DNA from: an uncultured Chitinophaga sp.
GTDB lineage: Bacteria; Bacteroidota; Bacteroidia; NS11-12g; UBA955
Assembly (NCBI GenBank): GCA_964505065.1
Contig: CAZDGF010000005.1
Span: 6,850 to 70,849 of the forward strand
Direction: 5' to 3'
DNA: 64,000 nt
Made by a program: the position numbers and the translations under genes
Part shown: one piece after another, positions 1-10,105 of the stretch
Numbering within the stretch: position 1 is the stretch's first letter
How the letters are laid out: the number at the start of each line of letters is the position of its first letter
Notes under the pieces: model-generated
Told to the model about the DNA's origin: nothing
The model's database searches: none
The model's input: the letters and a program-made list of their open reading frames with translations, nothing else

Positions 1-1
1 A

Positions 2-2368
2 ATCAGTAGAAAAAATACTGCCATTGCTATACCAGTTAAAAACAGGCGTGCTATTGTAAGTGCCAATTTTAGAGGGTTTTAAAGGCAATATTTGCTGCAT
101 ACATATTGCCGTATCGTTGGCAATTGTAAAAGCAGGATTAACAATGGCTATGTTTGCAGAGTCAATATACAAGCAGCCATATCTATCGCTTATGGTAAGT
201 TTAAGTTTGGTAGGTTTATCGGTTTTTATAGTATAGCTATTGCCATATACACTATAATTATTTAAGCCATTAATTTCCCACAAATAATTTGGATTGCTAA
301 GAATACCACTTCCCGCAACTGAAATATTTGTAAGCGTATCTTTACATACATTTTTGGGCAATAAGTTTGGTTTGTAATTGCTATATGGTTCTATGGTGGT
401 ATTGTCTTCAAAAAGGCAGCCTGTAGCATCGGTTACTTGGGCTGTAATTGCCTTGCTATTGTTTATTTCTATATTCAATATGCTATCGGTTATATTGGTT
501 TTTATGCCATTAATATGCCAAGCGTATTGGTAAGGTTTTGGCAAAGTGCCTTTCAGTATTGGCAAACTATAATTGGTGTTTATACAGGTTCTATAAATGT
601 TATTCAAAAGGTTAAAGGTTTTTATGCCAAAAGTAATTTCTTTATGGGCTATGCAGCCATTGGTAGCAAAAGCCGTTAAGCGAATAGTGGTATTTTGAGC
701 AATACCAATTTTTTGCAAAAATGTATCTGTATTGGGCATCGTATTGCCATTTATATACCATCTAAAATATTGCGCACTTGGCGAAATAGATTCAAGATAA
801 GCAATATTTACACTGTCGTTTTTACACAATAAAGTATCGGCTGTAAGGCTTAAAATTGGGCGATTGTAAGCATTGTTTATGGTTATGGTATCATACAAAG
901 TATAAGCACACGCATTTATTGAATTTGAAGATGTATAACTGATAATATATTCCCCGTTTTCATGCACAGTTAGTGAGTCTTTAAGCCCAGTGCCTATGGC
1001 TTCAATAATGCTATTGTTAAATTTTTTAATAGATGCAGAGTAGCTTGTTTTATTGTCATTTTGAAAAGGCAAAATTTGATACACAATACTACCGCAATTG
1101 CTTAATCTATAAGTTTTACTAAAGCGTTTGGGTTGTTCTTTTTCTATTTCAAAAAGCCGAGATTGTATATTGGCATTACAGCCCCTATCCCATAGGGTAA
1201 TGGCAAAATATTTTTCTTTAAGTGGGGTATTAAAAGTATCGGGTTGCAAGCAAAAGTTTATATTTGGTGTTCGTCTGTATGGCGTATCTAAACTTATGGT
1301 TGAATTTTTAATTAAATTTATCCAACCAATGCGTACAGTATCTGCTTGTTTTTGGCTGGGTATATCTGGATTATCGGCAGTATTAAAAGTTATACATTTA
1401 GTATAGCCACCGCAAAATTTGGGATTATAATTTGTTGTAGTTATTTCTGGGTTGCTATTATTTTCATTGAATACTTTTAAAGAAAAATCTCTTAACACAA
1501 AGCCTAAATACACCATTTTGCCTGTGTTTGGGTTTTTTCTGTATTCATCTATACGCACAACAATTGTTGCCCTTTCGCTACAATTTGTAGGTGTAAAAGC
1601 AATATCGCCATTTTTAGAACTAAAATAAAAACCTCTTGAGGGTTTGGAATTGGGTCGTGGATTACAATTCAATACGCCTGGGTTTGGAGGGCAATAAGGC
1701 GTTACAGGAATAGTTGCACTATAGCTTTTAATGTAGGTTATGGTGGTGGTATAATCGTGTTTAGGTGCTACAAGGCTATAGGCAAGCGAGTCGTAATTGG
1801 CAGTATCCAAGCCTATATTGTTGAAAAAAGTAGGTTGGTTGCATGCAAATTCAAACTTTGGGTGTACTAAAAATTGGGGCGAAGAATTTTGGGTAATAAA
1901 GCTATTGCAAATATTTACGCCTGCCTCTATAAAATTTAAGCCATTGTTATGTGTTATATTATTATTGGGGCGAAACCCTGCCATATAAGTAAATATTACA
2001 TCGCATACATTGTTGTTTACAAATATATTGTAGGGTGTTTTTGTAAAATCTACCTCCGCCTCAAAAGTATGCTGCTCGTAGCCTGCATTGCTATATTGGT
2101 TTTGCTTATTGCAAGGGTTGCCGCAGGTATCGTATAGTTTTATAATACTTGTGCGTGTGTAGTTTACAGCCACAGTATATGCCCCACCAATTACTTCGGT
2201 ATTATACAAAGTATTTAAAACATCTCCACTGCATTGGCGATACACCACAGCCGTAAGTTTATATTTATTTGTACCTATTAGTTTATAATACAGTTCGCCC
2301 CCAGCTATAGTTTGGGCTTGGCAGCATATACAAGCTAAAAATAAGGCAATAAGTATATGTTTTTTCAT
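2..2368 (-). CDS. Large secreted adhesin-like protein, N-terminal ~789 codons (3' end lies beyond the window start); probable T9SS cargo
   Basis: Absent from the ORF track because it runs off the window edge. Manual minus-strand translation from ATG (2366-2368) gives MKKHILIALFLACICCQAQTIAGGELYYKLIGTNKYKLTAVVYRQCSGDV. The frame stays open where sampled (around 1502-1558, and 2-52 giving STPVFNWYSNGSIFSTD). It has a signal peptide and N/G/Y/C-rich composition typical of Bacteroidota surface proteins. Only short plus-strand ORFs are listed across 1-2368. Confidence 0.6.
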   Translation of the reverse strand, partial: MKKHILIALFLACICCQAQTIAGGELYYKLIGTNKYKLTAVVYRQCSGDVLNTLYNTEVIGGAYTVAVNYTRTSIIKLYDTCGNPCNKQNQYSNAGYEQHTFEAEVDFTKTPYNIFVNNNVCDVIFTYMAGFRPNNNITHNNGLNFIEAGVNICNSFITQNSSPQFLVHPKFEFACNQPTFFNNIGLDTANYDSLAYSLVAPKHDYTTTITYIKSYSATIPVTPYCPPNPGVLNCNPRPNSKPSRGFYFSSKNGDIAFTPTNCSERATIVVRIDEYRKNPNTGKMVYLGFVLRDFSLKVFNENNSNPEITTTNYNPKFCGGYTKCITFNTADNPDIPSQKQADTVRIGWINLIKNSTISLDTPYRRTPNINFCLQPDTFNTPLKEKYFAITLWDRGCNANIQSRLFEIEKEQPKRFSKTYRLSNCGSIVYQILPFQNDNKTSYSASIKKFNNSIIEAIGTGLKDSLTVHENGEYIISYTSSNSINACAYTLYDTITINNAYNRPILSLTADTLLCKNDSVNIAYLESISPSAQYFRWYINGNTMPNTDTFLQKIGIAQNTTIRLTAFATNGCIAHKEITFGIKTFNLLNNIYRTCINTNYSLPILKGTLPKPYQYAWHINGIKTNITDSILNIEINNSKAITAQVTDATGCLFEDNTTIEPYSNYKPNLLPKNVCKDTLTNISVAGSGILSNPNYLWEINGLNNYSVYGNSYTIKTDKPTKLKLTISDRYGCLYIDSANIAIVNPAFTIANDTAICMQQILPLKPSKIGTYNSTPVFNWYSNGSIFSTD

Positions 2369-2483
2369 AATATTAAACAAAATTAGGCTATTGAATAAGA
2401 ATAAGATTCTACGAAAGGTAAATTTTACCCAAATATTACAGAAGAAATAAATACAAATCGGATGTAAAAGTCATTCATAATTT

Positions 2484-2519
2484 AAAAAAAAGCCCTTCAA
2501 CATCAATTGAAGGGCTTTT
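2484..2519 (-). terminator. Rho-independent terminator downstream of actF
   Basis: Hairpin agcccttcaa (2491-2500) / ttgaagggct (2507-2516). It is preceded on the plus strand by an A8 run, which is a T-run after the hairpin on the minus strand. It lies ~26 nt after the actF stop. Confidence 0.7.
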
Positions 2520-2542
2520 GTAATATCTTCTAATAAGAAACT

Positions 2543-4039
2543 TTATACACCCACATCGTGGTGTGCGCTTTCTTCTATATACGGATGGTTTATAGCTACT
2601 AATCCTTTTTTGCTTAATGCTGTAAGTACCCAATAAATAAATACACCTGCAAAAAACAAAGTCATACCCACTTCTAAAAAGCCTATTTGCGCTTGTTTAT
2701 CTATTGTGCCAGGCATAAGCATTAGCCATAAATCGTTCCAATGCCCAACCAATATACAAATAGCTACAAAAGTTAATATTTTAGGATTGCGTTTGTTGTT
2801 TCTTGTCATCAATACCAAGAAAGGAATTAAGAAATTTAATACCAAATTGGCAAAAAAGCTAATTTTAAAAGGCATTTCCCAACGTTTGTAAAAATAAACG
2901 CTCTCCTCTGGAATATTGGCATACCATATCAATAAGAATTGAGATAACCATAAGTATGTCCAAAAAATAGAGAAGGCAAACATAAACTTACCTAAATCGT
3001 GAATATGCTCGTCTGTTATCAATTTCAAATAGCCATTTCTTCTTAAATACAATACAAATAAAGCAATAATAGAAATACAACTAACCCATGCAGTAGCAAA
3101 ATTGTATAAACTAAACATGGTGCTATACCAATGCGCATCTACAGCCATAGCCACTATCCAACTTAATATAGAAAGTGTAAAACCGAATATTACGGTAAAA
3201 GCAGCAGAGTATGTAATTCCTTTTTTGAAGAATACCAAGCCACCCTCTTTGTCTTCTGTTTGAGATAAGCCTCTTAATTTTTTCCCAAATAGCCACCATA
3301 CCAATGGAATAGTTACCAAGAAAGAAACCACCATTGTAGTATTCAAAAACCATTTTTTATTGTCTAATACTTTATCAAAGCCTACATCATCTCTGGTTAA
3401 ATGTAAATGCTCGTAATGTACCCAATGGTAAATATTTGCACCATCTAAAAAGAAAACCAATAATAAAATAATTGCACCTACAGGAATAAAAGTACTTATA
3501 GCTTGTGGCACACGGATAAAAGCAATAGCCCAACCAGCATTGGCTATATATTGTAATGCAAAAAAGAATAAACCGCATACAGAAATTAACAATATAAAAT
3601 AACCATTCAATAGCAAGTTTACATATACTCTGGTGTACCAAGGTTTGGCATGTTCTTGTACAATTGGGTGCAATACTTCATTGTTATGTGAAGTATCTAT
3701 ACCTGTAATGCTTACACTACTTGTACTTGCGTGGTCTTTAGGTTTATTATTAATTTGGTTAGCATGCGTTTCAGTAGCAGCCATTGTATGCATAGAATCT
3801 GTATGAGTAGAATCAGTAGAAACAGCCAAAACAGTTTTTTCATGTTCGTGCGTTTCTGCTACGGCAGCTTCTGTATGATGGTTTTTAGCATCAGCATGTG
3901 TATCGTGTTTTGGAATTGTAACTATACCTATAATGGTAAGCACCAAGCCAATAATAATTAATGCCAAACATAAAGTTTTCGTTTTTTTAGGAAACTGAAA
4001 TTGCTCTTGTTCTATATGTATTTTGTGTCCGTGACCCAT
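2543..4039 (-). CDS. actF: Alternative complex III subunit ActF (NrfD-like polytopic membrane subunit)
   Basis: 498 aa polytopic membrane protein and last gene of the colinear actABCDEF cluster. The NrfD/PsrC-like hydrophobic core carries a His/Thr-rich insertion after TM1. Confidence 0.8.
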   Translation of the reverse strand: MGHGHKIHIEQEQFQFPKKTKTLCLALIIIGLVLTIIGIVTIPKHDTHADAKNHHTEAAVAETHEHEKTVLAVSTDSTHTDSMHTMAATETHANQINNKPKDHASTSSVSITGIDTSHNNEVLHPIVQEHAKPWYTRVYVNLLLNGYFILLISVCGLFFFALQYIANAGWAIAFIRVPQAISTFIPVGAIILLLVFFLDGANIYHWVHYEHLHLTRDDVGFDKVLDNKKWFLNTTMVVSFLVTIPLVWWLFGKKLRGLSQTEDKEGGLVFFKKGITYSAAFTVIFGFTLSILSWIVAMAVDAHWYSTMFSLYNFATAWVSCISIIALFVLYLRRNGYLKLITDEHIHDLGKFMFAFSIFWTYLWLSQFLLIWYANIPEESVYFYKRWEMPFKISFFANLVLNFLIPFLVLMTRNNKRNPKILTFVAICILVGHWNDLWLMLMPGTIDKQAQIGFLEVGMTLFFAGVFIYWVLTALSKKGLVAINHPYIEESAHHDVGV

Positions 4040-4058
4040 AATGTGCTTTATACTTTAA

Positions 4059-4856
4059 TTATTTTTTTGAACCTTTACCTTTAATATTTTTCGTTTCTTT
4101 TTTAGGATTAGCCATTAGTTTAGCCAATTCATCTTTATCGTCCTTTAATACCTCTATAGTTTTAATATTACCATTCATAACTTGAGTATTTCCTGTAGGC
4201 AAACCCATACTATTTTCTGCTGCCGATTCATATTTAGCTTCTACCGCTTCTGGAATATTTCCAGTTGTATCTGCCATACTCAAACGTTTTACATACGATA
4301 ATACCATCCATCTTTCTTTAGGATTTAACGCAGATGCATAGCTGCCCATATTGTTTTTTCCATAGGTTATTACATGGTAAGCTTTGCCTATGCTATAATT
4401 AGCCTCTGCAAATTTGGTTTTATAATTTGCCCAACTTGGTTTCAATGTAGCTTGTTTAGAAGATACCGAACCATCATTGCCGCCTTTTTCGCCATGGCAT
4501 ACAGCACAATAAATACCATACAATCTTTCGCCTTCTTTTTGTTCTTTTAAAGTTAAAAATGGCATAGTTAAAGCGTTTGATGCTTCGTAACCTTCGTTTG
4601 TATTGTCAAAATTGTATTTGTAATCCAATTGTCCTTCGGCCACAGTGCCTGCCGCAGGCTCTCTCATGCTCATAAAATATGGATTGTAACGGTATTTGCT
4701 GCTATCTTCAAATTGGCTGTAAGCCTCATAGCCTTTAGAGTAATACATATCTGGGGCATACTCTATACCTGTATTGTTTCCACTTGATTTTAAAAAACAA
4801 GAAGAAAGAGAAACCAAAGCCGTTACGCTAAAAAGTATTAATATATTTTGCTTCAT
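4059..4856 (-). CDS. actE: Alternative complex III subunit ActE (monoheme cytochrome c lipoprotein)
   Basis: Lipobox LSSC, a single CAVCH heme motif, and its position between actD and actF. Confidence 0.8.
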   Translation of the reverse strand: MKQNILILFSVTALVSLSSCFLKSSGNNTGIEYAPDMYYSKGYEAYSQFEDSSKYRYNPYFMSMREPAAGTVAEGQLDYKYNFDNTNEGYEASNALTMPFLTLKEQKEGERLYGIYCAVCHGEKGGNDGSVSSKQATLKPSWANYKTKFAEANYSIGKAYHVITYGKNNMGSYASALNPKERWMVLSYVKRLSMADTTGNIPEAVEAKYESAAENSMGLPTGNTQVMNGNIKTIEVLKDDKDELAKLMANPKKETKNIKGKGSKK

Positions 4857-4880
4857 TTATTCTTTTTCGTTAAAATTTAT

Positions 4881-5471
4881 TTAAGCTGTTTTAGCTATAA
4901 GTTTATCTTCAAAATCATCATATCCAAAATTGGTTCTTTCTTTTACCTCTACAGCACCGCCATTGTACAACCAATTGTTAATTTCTGTTTTGTTGTCATT
5001 TTCGCCATCGGTAGCTATAGCCACAATCATTCTATCGTCTGTTTGGCGCATATCTATTCTTTCTGAAGGCAATTTGCCGTGCAACATTTTATTGCGTATA
5101 AAAAACAATATGGCTATACCATAAGCAGTAAACAATACGCTCATTTCAAACAAAACTGGCATATAACTTACACCTACTGTAGGCTTACCTCCAATTATAA
5201 TTGGCCAATCTACACGCATCATATAATATTGCATTGTAAATGCCAAAGTAAAACCTACGCAGCCACACATAAAAGCACCTAATGGCAACAATGAGCGTTT
5301 CAAACCCATAGCTTTTTCAATACCATGTATAGGAAAAGGTGAGTAGCAATCTATAATTTTTGCACCGCTTGAATGTATTTTTCCAACGGTTTCCAAAAAC
5401 ATATCAGGATTTTCAAATATCCCAAATGTTACGCTTTTATTTCTATCTAAAAATAATTTTTTATCTATCAT
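4881..5471 (-). CDS. actD: Alternative complex III subunit ActD (DUF3341-type membrane protein)
   Basis: 196 aa with two central TM helices. Its operon position between the NrfD-like ActC and ActE matches the known ACIII order. Confidence 0.75.
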   Translation of the reverse strand: MIDKKLFLDRNKSVTFGIFENPDMFLETVGKIHSSGAKIIDCYSPFPIHGIEKAMGLKRSLLPLGAFMCGCVGFTLAFTMQYYMMRVDWPIIIGGKPTVGVSYMPVLFEMSVLFTAYGIAILFFIRNKMLHGKLPSERIDMRQTDDRMIVAIATDGENDNKTEINNWLYNGGAVEVKERTNFGYDDFEDKLIAKTA

Positions 5472-5492
5472 TTATCTGTTGTTTTAAAATGA

Positions 5493-6845
5493 TTATTCTC
5501 TGTTTTTCAAAATACTCTTAACCTCGCTCATATTAATAACTGGTAAAAACTTAGCAAATAAAAAGAAGCAAGTAAAGAACAAGCCAAATGTACCAAGGAA
5601 TAAACCTATTTCTACCCAAGTAGGCGAGTACATTACCCAACCTGATGGTAAATATTCTCTGTGCAGAGAAGTTACAATAATTACAAAACGCTCAAACCAC
5701 ATACCCACGTTTACCACTATAGAAAGCATAAAAATAAACCAAGGCGTTGTACGAGCCCATTTAAACCAAAATACTTGAGGGGCTATTAAGTTACAAGTCA
5801 TCATACTCCAATATGCCCAAGCATAAGGACCAAAGGCTCTATTTGTAAAAGCATATTGCTCATACTCCACACCAGAATAAGCAGCTACAAAAAACTCTGT
5901 AATATAAGCCAAACCAACCATTGTACCAGTTAGCATTACTACCTTACACATAGCTTCTAAATGCCCAATAGTTATGTAATCTTGATAGTTCATTACCTTA
6001 CGGGCAATAACCAAAAGCGTAAGCACCATACCAAAACCAGAGAAAATAGCACCAGCCACAAAATATGGCGGAAATATTGTTGTATGCCAACCTGGTACTA
6101 CCGAGGTTGCAAAGTCCATAGATACAATAGTGTGAACAGAAAGTACAAGTGGTGTTGAAACGCCAGCTAATATCAATGAAACTACTTCATATCTGTTCCA
6201 AGTTCTTACAGAACCTGTCCAGCCCATTGAAAAGAAATTATACCAAAATTTTCTACCTTTGGTTACAGCTCTATCTCTAATTGTTGCTAAATCGGGTATC
6301 ATACCTAAATACCAAAATACCAATGATACAGAGAAATAAGTAGAAATTGCAAACACGTCCCATAACAAAGGCGAGTGGAAATTTACCCATAATGAACCAA
6401 AAGCATTTGGCAATGGAAATACCCAATACATACCTACCCATATTCTACCCATGTGAAACAATGGGAAAATAGCCGCACACATTACCGCAAATATCGTCAT
6501 AGCCTCTGCCGAGCGGTTGATAGACATACGCCATTTTTGACGGAATAATAATAATATTGCCGAAATCAAAGTACCTGCGTGACCAATACCCACCCAAAAT
6601 ACGAAATTGGTAATATCCCAACCCCATTGTACAGATTTATTGATACCCCAAGTACCAATACCCACATACAATGTTACAAATAATGAAAGTCCTAATAGAC
6701 CTAAAAAAACTAATGAAATAAGAAAACCAACTTTCCATGACATAGAAGGTTTATTTTCAATGGGGCGGCATATTTCGGTTGTAACATCGTGTAATGTTTT
6801 ATCGCCTGTTACAAGCTGTGGCCTTATAATTGAATCGTGAATCAT
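5493..6845 (-). CDS. actC: Alternative complex III subunit ActC (NrfD/PsrC-like quinol-interacting membrane subunit)
   Basis: 450 aa polytopic membrane protein immediately downstream of the Mo-pterin/FeS-type ActB. Confidence 0.85.
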   Translation of the reverse strand: MIHDSIIRPQLVTGDKTLHDVTTEICRPIENKPSMSWKVGFLISLVFLGLLGLSLFVTLYVGIGTWGINKSVQWGWDITNFVFWVGIGHAGTLISAILLLFRQKWRMSINRSAEAMTIFAVMCAAIFPLFHMGRIWVGMYWVFPLPNAFGSLWVNFHSPLLWDVFAISTYFSVSLVFWYLGMIPDLATIRDRAVTKGRKFWYNFFSMGWTGSVRTWNRYEVVSLILAGVSTPLVLSVHTIVSMDFATSVVPGWHTTIFPPYFVAGAIFSGFGMVLTLLVIARKVMNYQDYITIGHLEAMCKVVMLTGTMVGLAYITEFFVAAYSGVEYEQYAFTNRAFGPYAWAYWSMMTCNLIAPQVFWFKWARTTPWFIFMLSIVVNVGMWFERFVIIVTSLHREYLPSGWVMYSPTWVEIGLFLGTFGLFFTCFFLFAKFLPVINMSEVKSILKNRE

Positions 6846-6874
6846 TGATTGGTTATTTTATTATAAATGAATGT

Positions 6875-9800
6875 TTATGCTTTTACTGAATCTATGTTTC
6901 TTACTTTGGTTAAATATTTAACTGATGATTGTACGTTTAACTCTTCTAAAACTCTGAAAGAGCGTTCGTTTTTAAATAATTTGCGTATTTCGCTATTTTC
7001 ATCGTTTACATCGCCAAATACAATTGCGCCTGAAGGGCAGCTTCTTTGACAAGCTGTTTTAGCATCGCCATCTTTTAGCGTTCTGCGCTCGCGTTTAGCT
7101 TTTACTTTAGCTGCTTGTATGCTTTGAACACACATGCTGCATTTTTCCATAACCCCACGTGTACGCACTGTTACATCTGGATTGATAACCATTTTACCCA
7201 AATCATTGTTGAAATGGAAATCAAAAGCATTGTTATCATTGTATCTAAACCAGTTGAAACGTCTTACTTTGTATGGACAGTTGTTAGCACAATATTTTGT
7301 ACCAATACAACGGTTGTATGTCATTTGGTTTAAGCCTTCTGTGCTATGTGTAGTTGCCAATACTGGGCATACAGTTTCGCAAGGGGCATTACCACAATGT
7401 TGGCACATCATTGGCTGGTGCATTACTTTTACATTTTCCCAATGCTCAAATTGGCTACCTTTTGCTTTTTCATCTGCTTTTTCTAAACCTTTTTCTTTGG
7501 TAATAAATTCGCCTTCGTATTGCGAATCTTCTTTATCTACCAAATGTTTGCTATCTTTAAAAGAGAAATATCTATCTACACGTATCCAGTGCATTTCTCT
7601 GCGTTTTCTTACTTCTGCTCTGCCTACTACAGGTACGTTATTTTCAATACTACAACTAATTAAGCAAGAGCCACAACCAGTACAAGCATTCAAATCTATA
7701 GCCATAGCCCAATGGTGGTTTGGCGCACCATCTTTTTTATAATCTTTGGTTTCCCATAGGGTATATAAATGTGCTTGTGGCTTATCGTTTCCTGCATTTG
7801 GACTCTTTTTATAAGCCTCTAAATTGGTTTCTCTAACTAAGTCTCTACCTTCAATATGATGATGCGTTTGAGTTTGAGCCAATTCATATTTTGCTTCAGC
7901 TTTTTCTAATTTAACACCATTTATTACATAGCTTTGAGTGCCATTTTGCGCACCTATTAAAGGAAAAGCATTTTGACCAATTGATTCAAACTTGCCTTTT
8001 TCGCCCACTTTTCCTGTTCTGCCATAGCCTATAGCTAAACCAATGGTATTATTGGTTTGCCCTGGTTGAATAAATACTGGTAATTCAGTTAATGTTTTGC
8101 CATTTACAGTAATATTTACAGTATCGCCATTTTGTATCTCTTTGCTTTCTGCCAATGCTTTTGGCAATGAAATATAATTATCCCAAGTTACTTTGCTCAT
8201 TGGGTCGGGCATCTCTTGTAGCCAAGGATTATTACTTAATGCACCATCTAATATGGCTATATTTTGATAAAGTACTAAATCTATAGCATCTTTTTTACCA
8301 ATTGTTTTTTCTAAATCGGGTACAAGACTATTCAATGCTACTGCAAAAGAAGGCACAGTTTGTGGTTTTGCAGGTAAAATATATACACCATCATGCAGAG
8401 CTTTGTTGAAAGATGCATCATCTGCCAAGCCCATTGTAGCCCATAAATTGCGCATATACAAATAGAAAGGTGCTGCTTCTTTATTTTGGTTTAAAATAGC
8501 TTTATTTTTTAACGTATCTTTTGTTTTATCAATTACAATACCTGCCCAAGTTAACAAACTCATTTGCGCTTGACGGGTATTAAATACGGGTGTAATTGTT
8601 GGTTGCATAAAATGATATGCACCTGCTTTTGGCTCTGCATCGCCCCAAGATTCTAAATAATGGTTATCTGTGGCAATGTATTGACACAATTCAGAAGTTT
8701 CATCTTTAGTAGTTGTAAATGCAACAGAAAGTTTAGCCTGTTTTAAGCCTTTTACAAAAAGCTCACTTGCTGGATAATTGTAAACAGGATTGGTATTCCA
8801 AAAAATAACACCTGCATAAGCACCTGCGCTAAAATCTTTTGCAAATTGTGCAAATTCAGCATCAATACCTTTCCATTGGTTGCTATAATTGTCTAAATCT
8901 ATGGTAGAACCATAATTGTTTAACAATAAATTGATACCATTTACAACTTTTTGAATATTTACATCATTGCTGCCAGATATAACCAAGCTACTGCCTTTTT
9001 CTTTCCATAAAGCATCGGCTGCTTGCTTAATTGCATTTCCTGCCAATTCGCCCGATTTGGTTATTTGTATTGGCGAGCCACCTGCTAATTTAGCTATTTC
9101 ATTGTATAAAGAGGTAATATAAATAGCCTCTTCCGATTGGCGCATTGGGAATCTATAATCGGCATTGCTACCACTTAATGAAAGATTACTTTCAAACTGA
9201 ATGGTGCGGCTCATTTTGCCGTTTTCTGGTTTTCTATTTTTTGCCCAACCGCTGTTGTATTCGTTGGCAGAAAGCCAAGTGCCTAAATAATCGGCACCAA
9301 AACTAACAATAACCATAGCTTTACCAAAATTATAGCTTGGTATTACTTGTTTGCCAAAAGAATCTTTATTGGCTAATAATATGCCGCTATAACTTACAGA
9401 ATCGTAAGCAAAATGAGTTGTATTGGTGAATTTTAATTTAAAATCGTTGATAACAGCTGTTGAAGACGGGCTATTAATAGTATTGGTAACCAATGCAATT
9501 TTACCACCAGCTGCTTGAATATCGTTTAATTTTTTGGTTATTTCAGCATCTAAAGTACCCCATTCGGTAATAGTTGCCTCTTTTTCAGAAATTTTTGCAG
9601 CACCTGTTAATCTTTCATTATCATATAAACTTAAAACAGAGGCTTGCGCTAAAGCATTAGCAGAACCATTAGAAACAGGCGAGTTAAAATTACCATCTAT
9701 TTTAATTGGTCGTCCTTCGCGTGTTTTAACATTTAAGCCAATTGCAGATGAGCCAATACCCAAAGTAGTATTGTAATAATTGGCTACACCTGGGGTTATT

Positions 9801-10057
9801 TCCTCTGGTTTTACCAAATATGGGACTACATTTCTAACAGGGGTTTTATTACAAGCAGCCAATGTAACTGCGGCAACACTAAAACCAAAAAATTTCAAGA
9901 AATCTCTTCTGTTAGAGTTTAATCCCAACGAACTGTTTTCGCTAAACACTTCATCAAGTGGTAGGGCTTCATTAAATTCATTTTTTTGAGTAGCCAAAAA
10001 TTCTTTGGTTCTCAATAATTCGTCTTCGCCTTTCCAATATAATTGTTTATTCGCCAT
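6875..10057 (-). CDS. actB: Alternative complex III subunit ActB (molybdopterin-oxidoreductase-like domain fused to 4Fe-4S ferredoxin domain)
   Basis: 1060 aa with a Tat-like signal RRDFLKFFGFSVAAVTLAAC. The C-terminal part holds multiple Cys clusters (CTGCGSCLISC, CQHCGNAPC, CIGTKYCANNCP, CSMCVQ). Confidence 0.9.
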   Translation of the reverse strand: MANKQLYWKGEDELLRTKEFLATQKNEFNEALPLDEVFSENSSLGLNSNRRDFLKFFGFSVAAVTLAACNKTPVRNVVPYLVKPEEITPGVANYYNTTLGIGSSAIGLNVKTREGRPIKIDGNFNSPVSNGSANALAQASVLSLYDNERLTGAAKISEKEATITEWGTLDAEITKKLNDIQAAGGKIALVTNTINSPSSTAVINDFKLKFTNTTHFAYDSVSYSGILLANKDSFGKQVIPSYNFGKAMVIVSFGADYLGTWLSANEYNSGWAKNRKPENGKMSRTIQFESNLSLSGSNADYRFPMRQSEEAIYITSLYNEIAKLAGGSPIQITKSGELAGNAIKQAADALWKEKGSSLVISGSNDVNIQKVVNGINLLLNNYGSTIDLDNYSNQWKGIDAEFAQFAKDFSAGAYAGVIFWNTNPVYNYPASELFVKGLKQAKLSVAFTTTKDETSELCQYIATDNHYLESWGDAEPKAGAYHFMQPTITPVFNTRQAQMSLLTWAGIVIDKTKDTLKNKAILNQNKEAAPFYLYMRNLWATMGLADDASFNKALHDGVYILPAKPQTVPSFAVALNSLVPDLEKTIGKKDAIDLVLYQNIAILDGALSNNPWLQEMPDPMSKVTWDNYISLPKALAESKEIQNGDTVNITVNGKTLTELPVFIQPGQTNNTIGLAIGYGRTGKVGEKGKFESIGQNAFPLIGAQNGTQSYVINGVKLEKAEAKYELAQTQTHHHIEGRDLVRETNLEAYKKSPNAGNDKPQAHLYTLWETKDYKKDGAPNHHWAMAIDLNACTGCGSCLISCSIENNVPVVGRAEVRKRREMHWIRVDRYFSFKDSKHLVDKEDSQYEGEFITKEKGLEKADEKAKGSQFEHWENVKVMHQPMMCQHCGNAPCETVCPVLATTHSTEGLNQMTYNRCIGTKYCANNCPYKVRRFNWFRYNDNNAFDFHFNNDLGKMVINPDVTVRTRGVMEKCSMCVQSIQAAKVKAKRERRTLKDGDAKTACQRSCPSGAIVFGDVNDENSEIRKLFKNERSFRVLEELNVQSSVKYLTKVRNIDSVKA

Positions 10058-10105
10058 TTGTAGCCTAATGTTTTTTGTTGTTATTGTTAAATGTTTTTAT
10101 AAAAA

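Noticed and set aside
437-2137. Four short plus-strand ORFs (62-92 aa) listed in the ORF track at the window start
   Set aside because: They lie antisense to a long, continuously open minus-strand frame (2-2368) that has a clear signal peptide and protein-like composition. Their translations are Cys/Ile/Phe-rich shadow-frame products.
7134-7742. 202-aa plus-strand ORF, plus the neighbouring 72-aa, 80-aa and 69-aa ORFs
   Set aside because: They are antisense shadows inside actB, whose FeS and Tat motifs unambiguously define the minus-strand frame.
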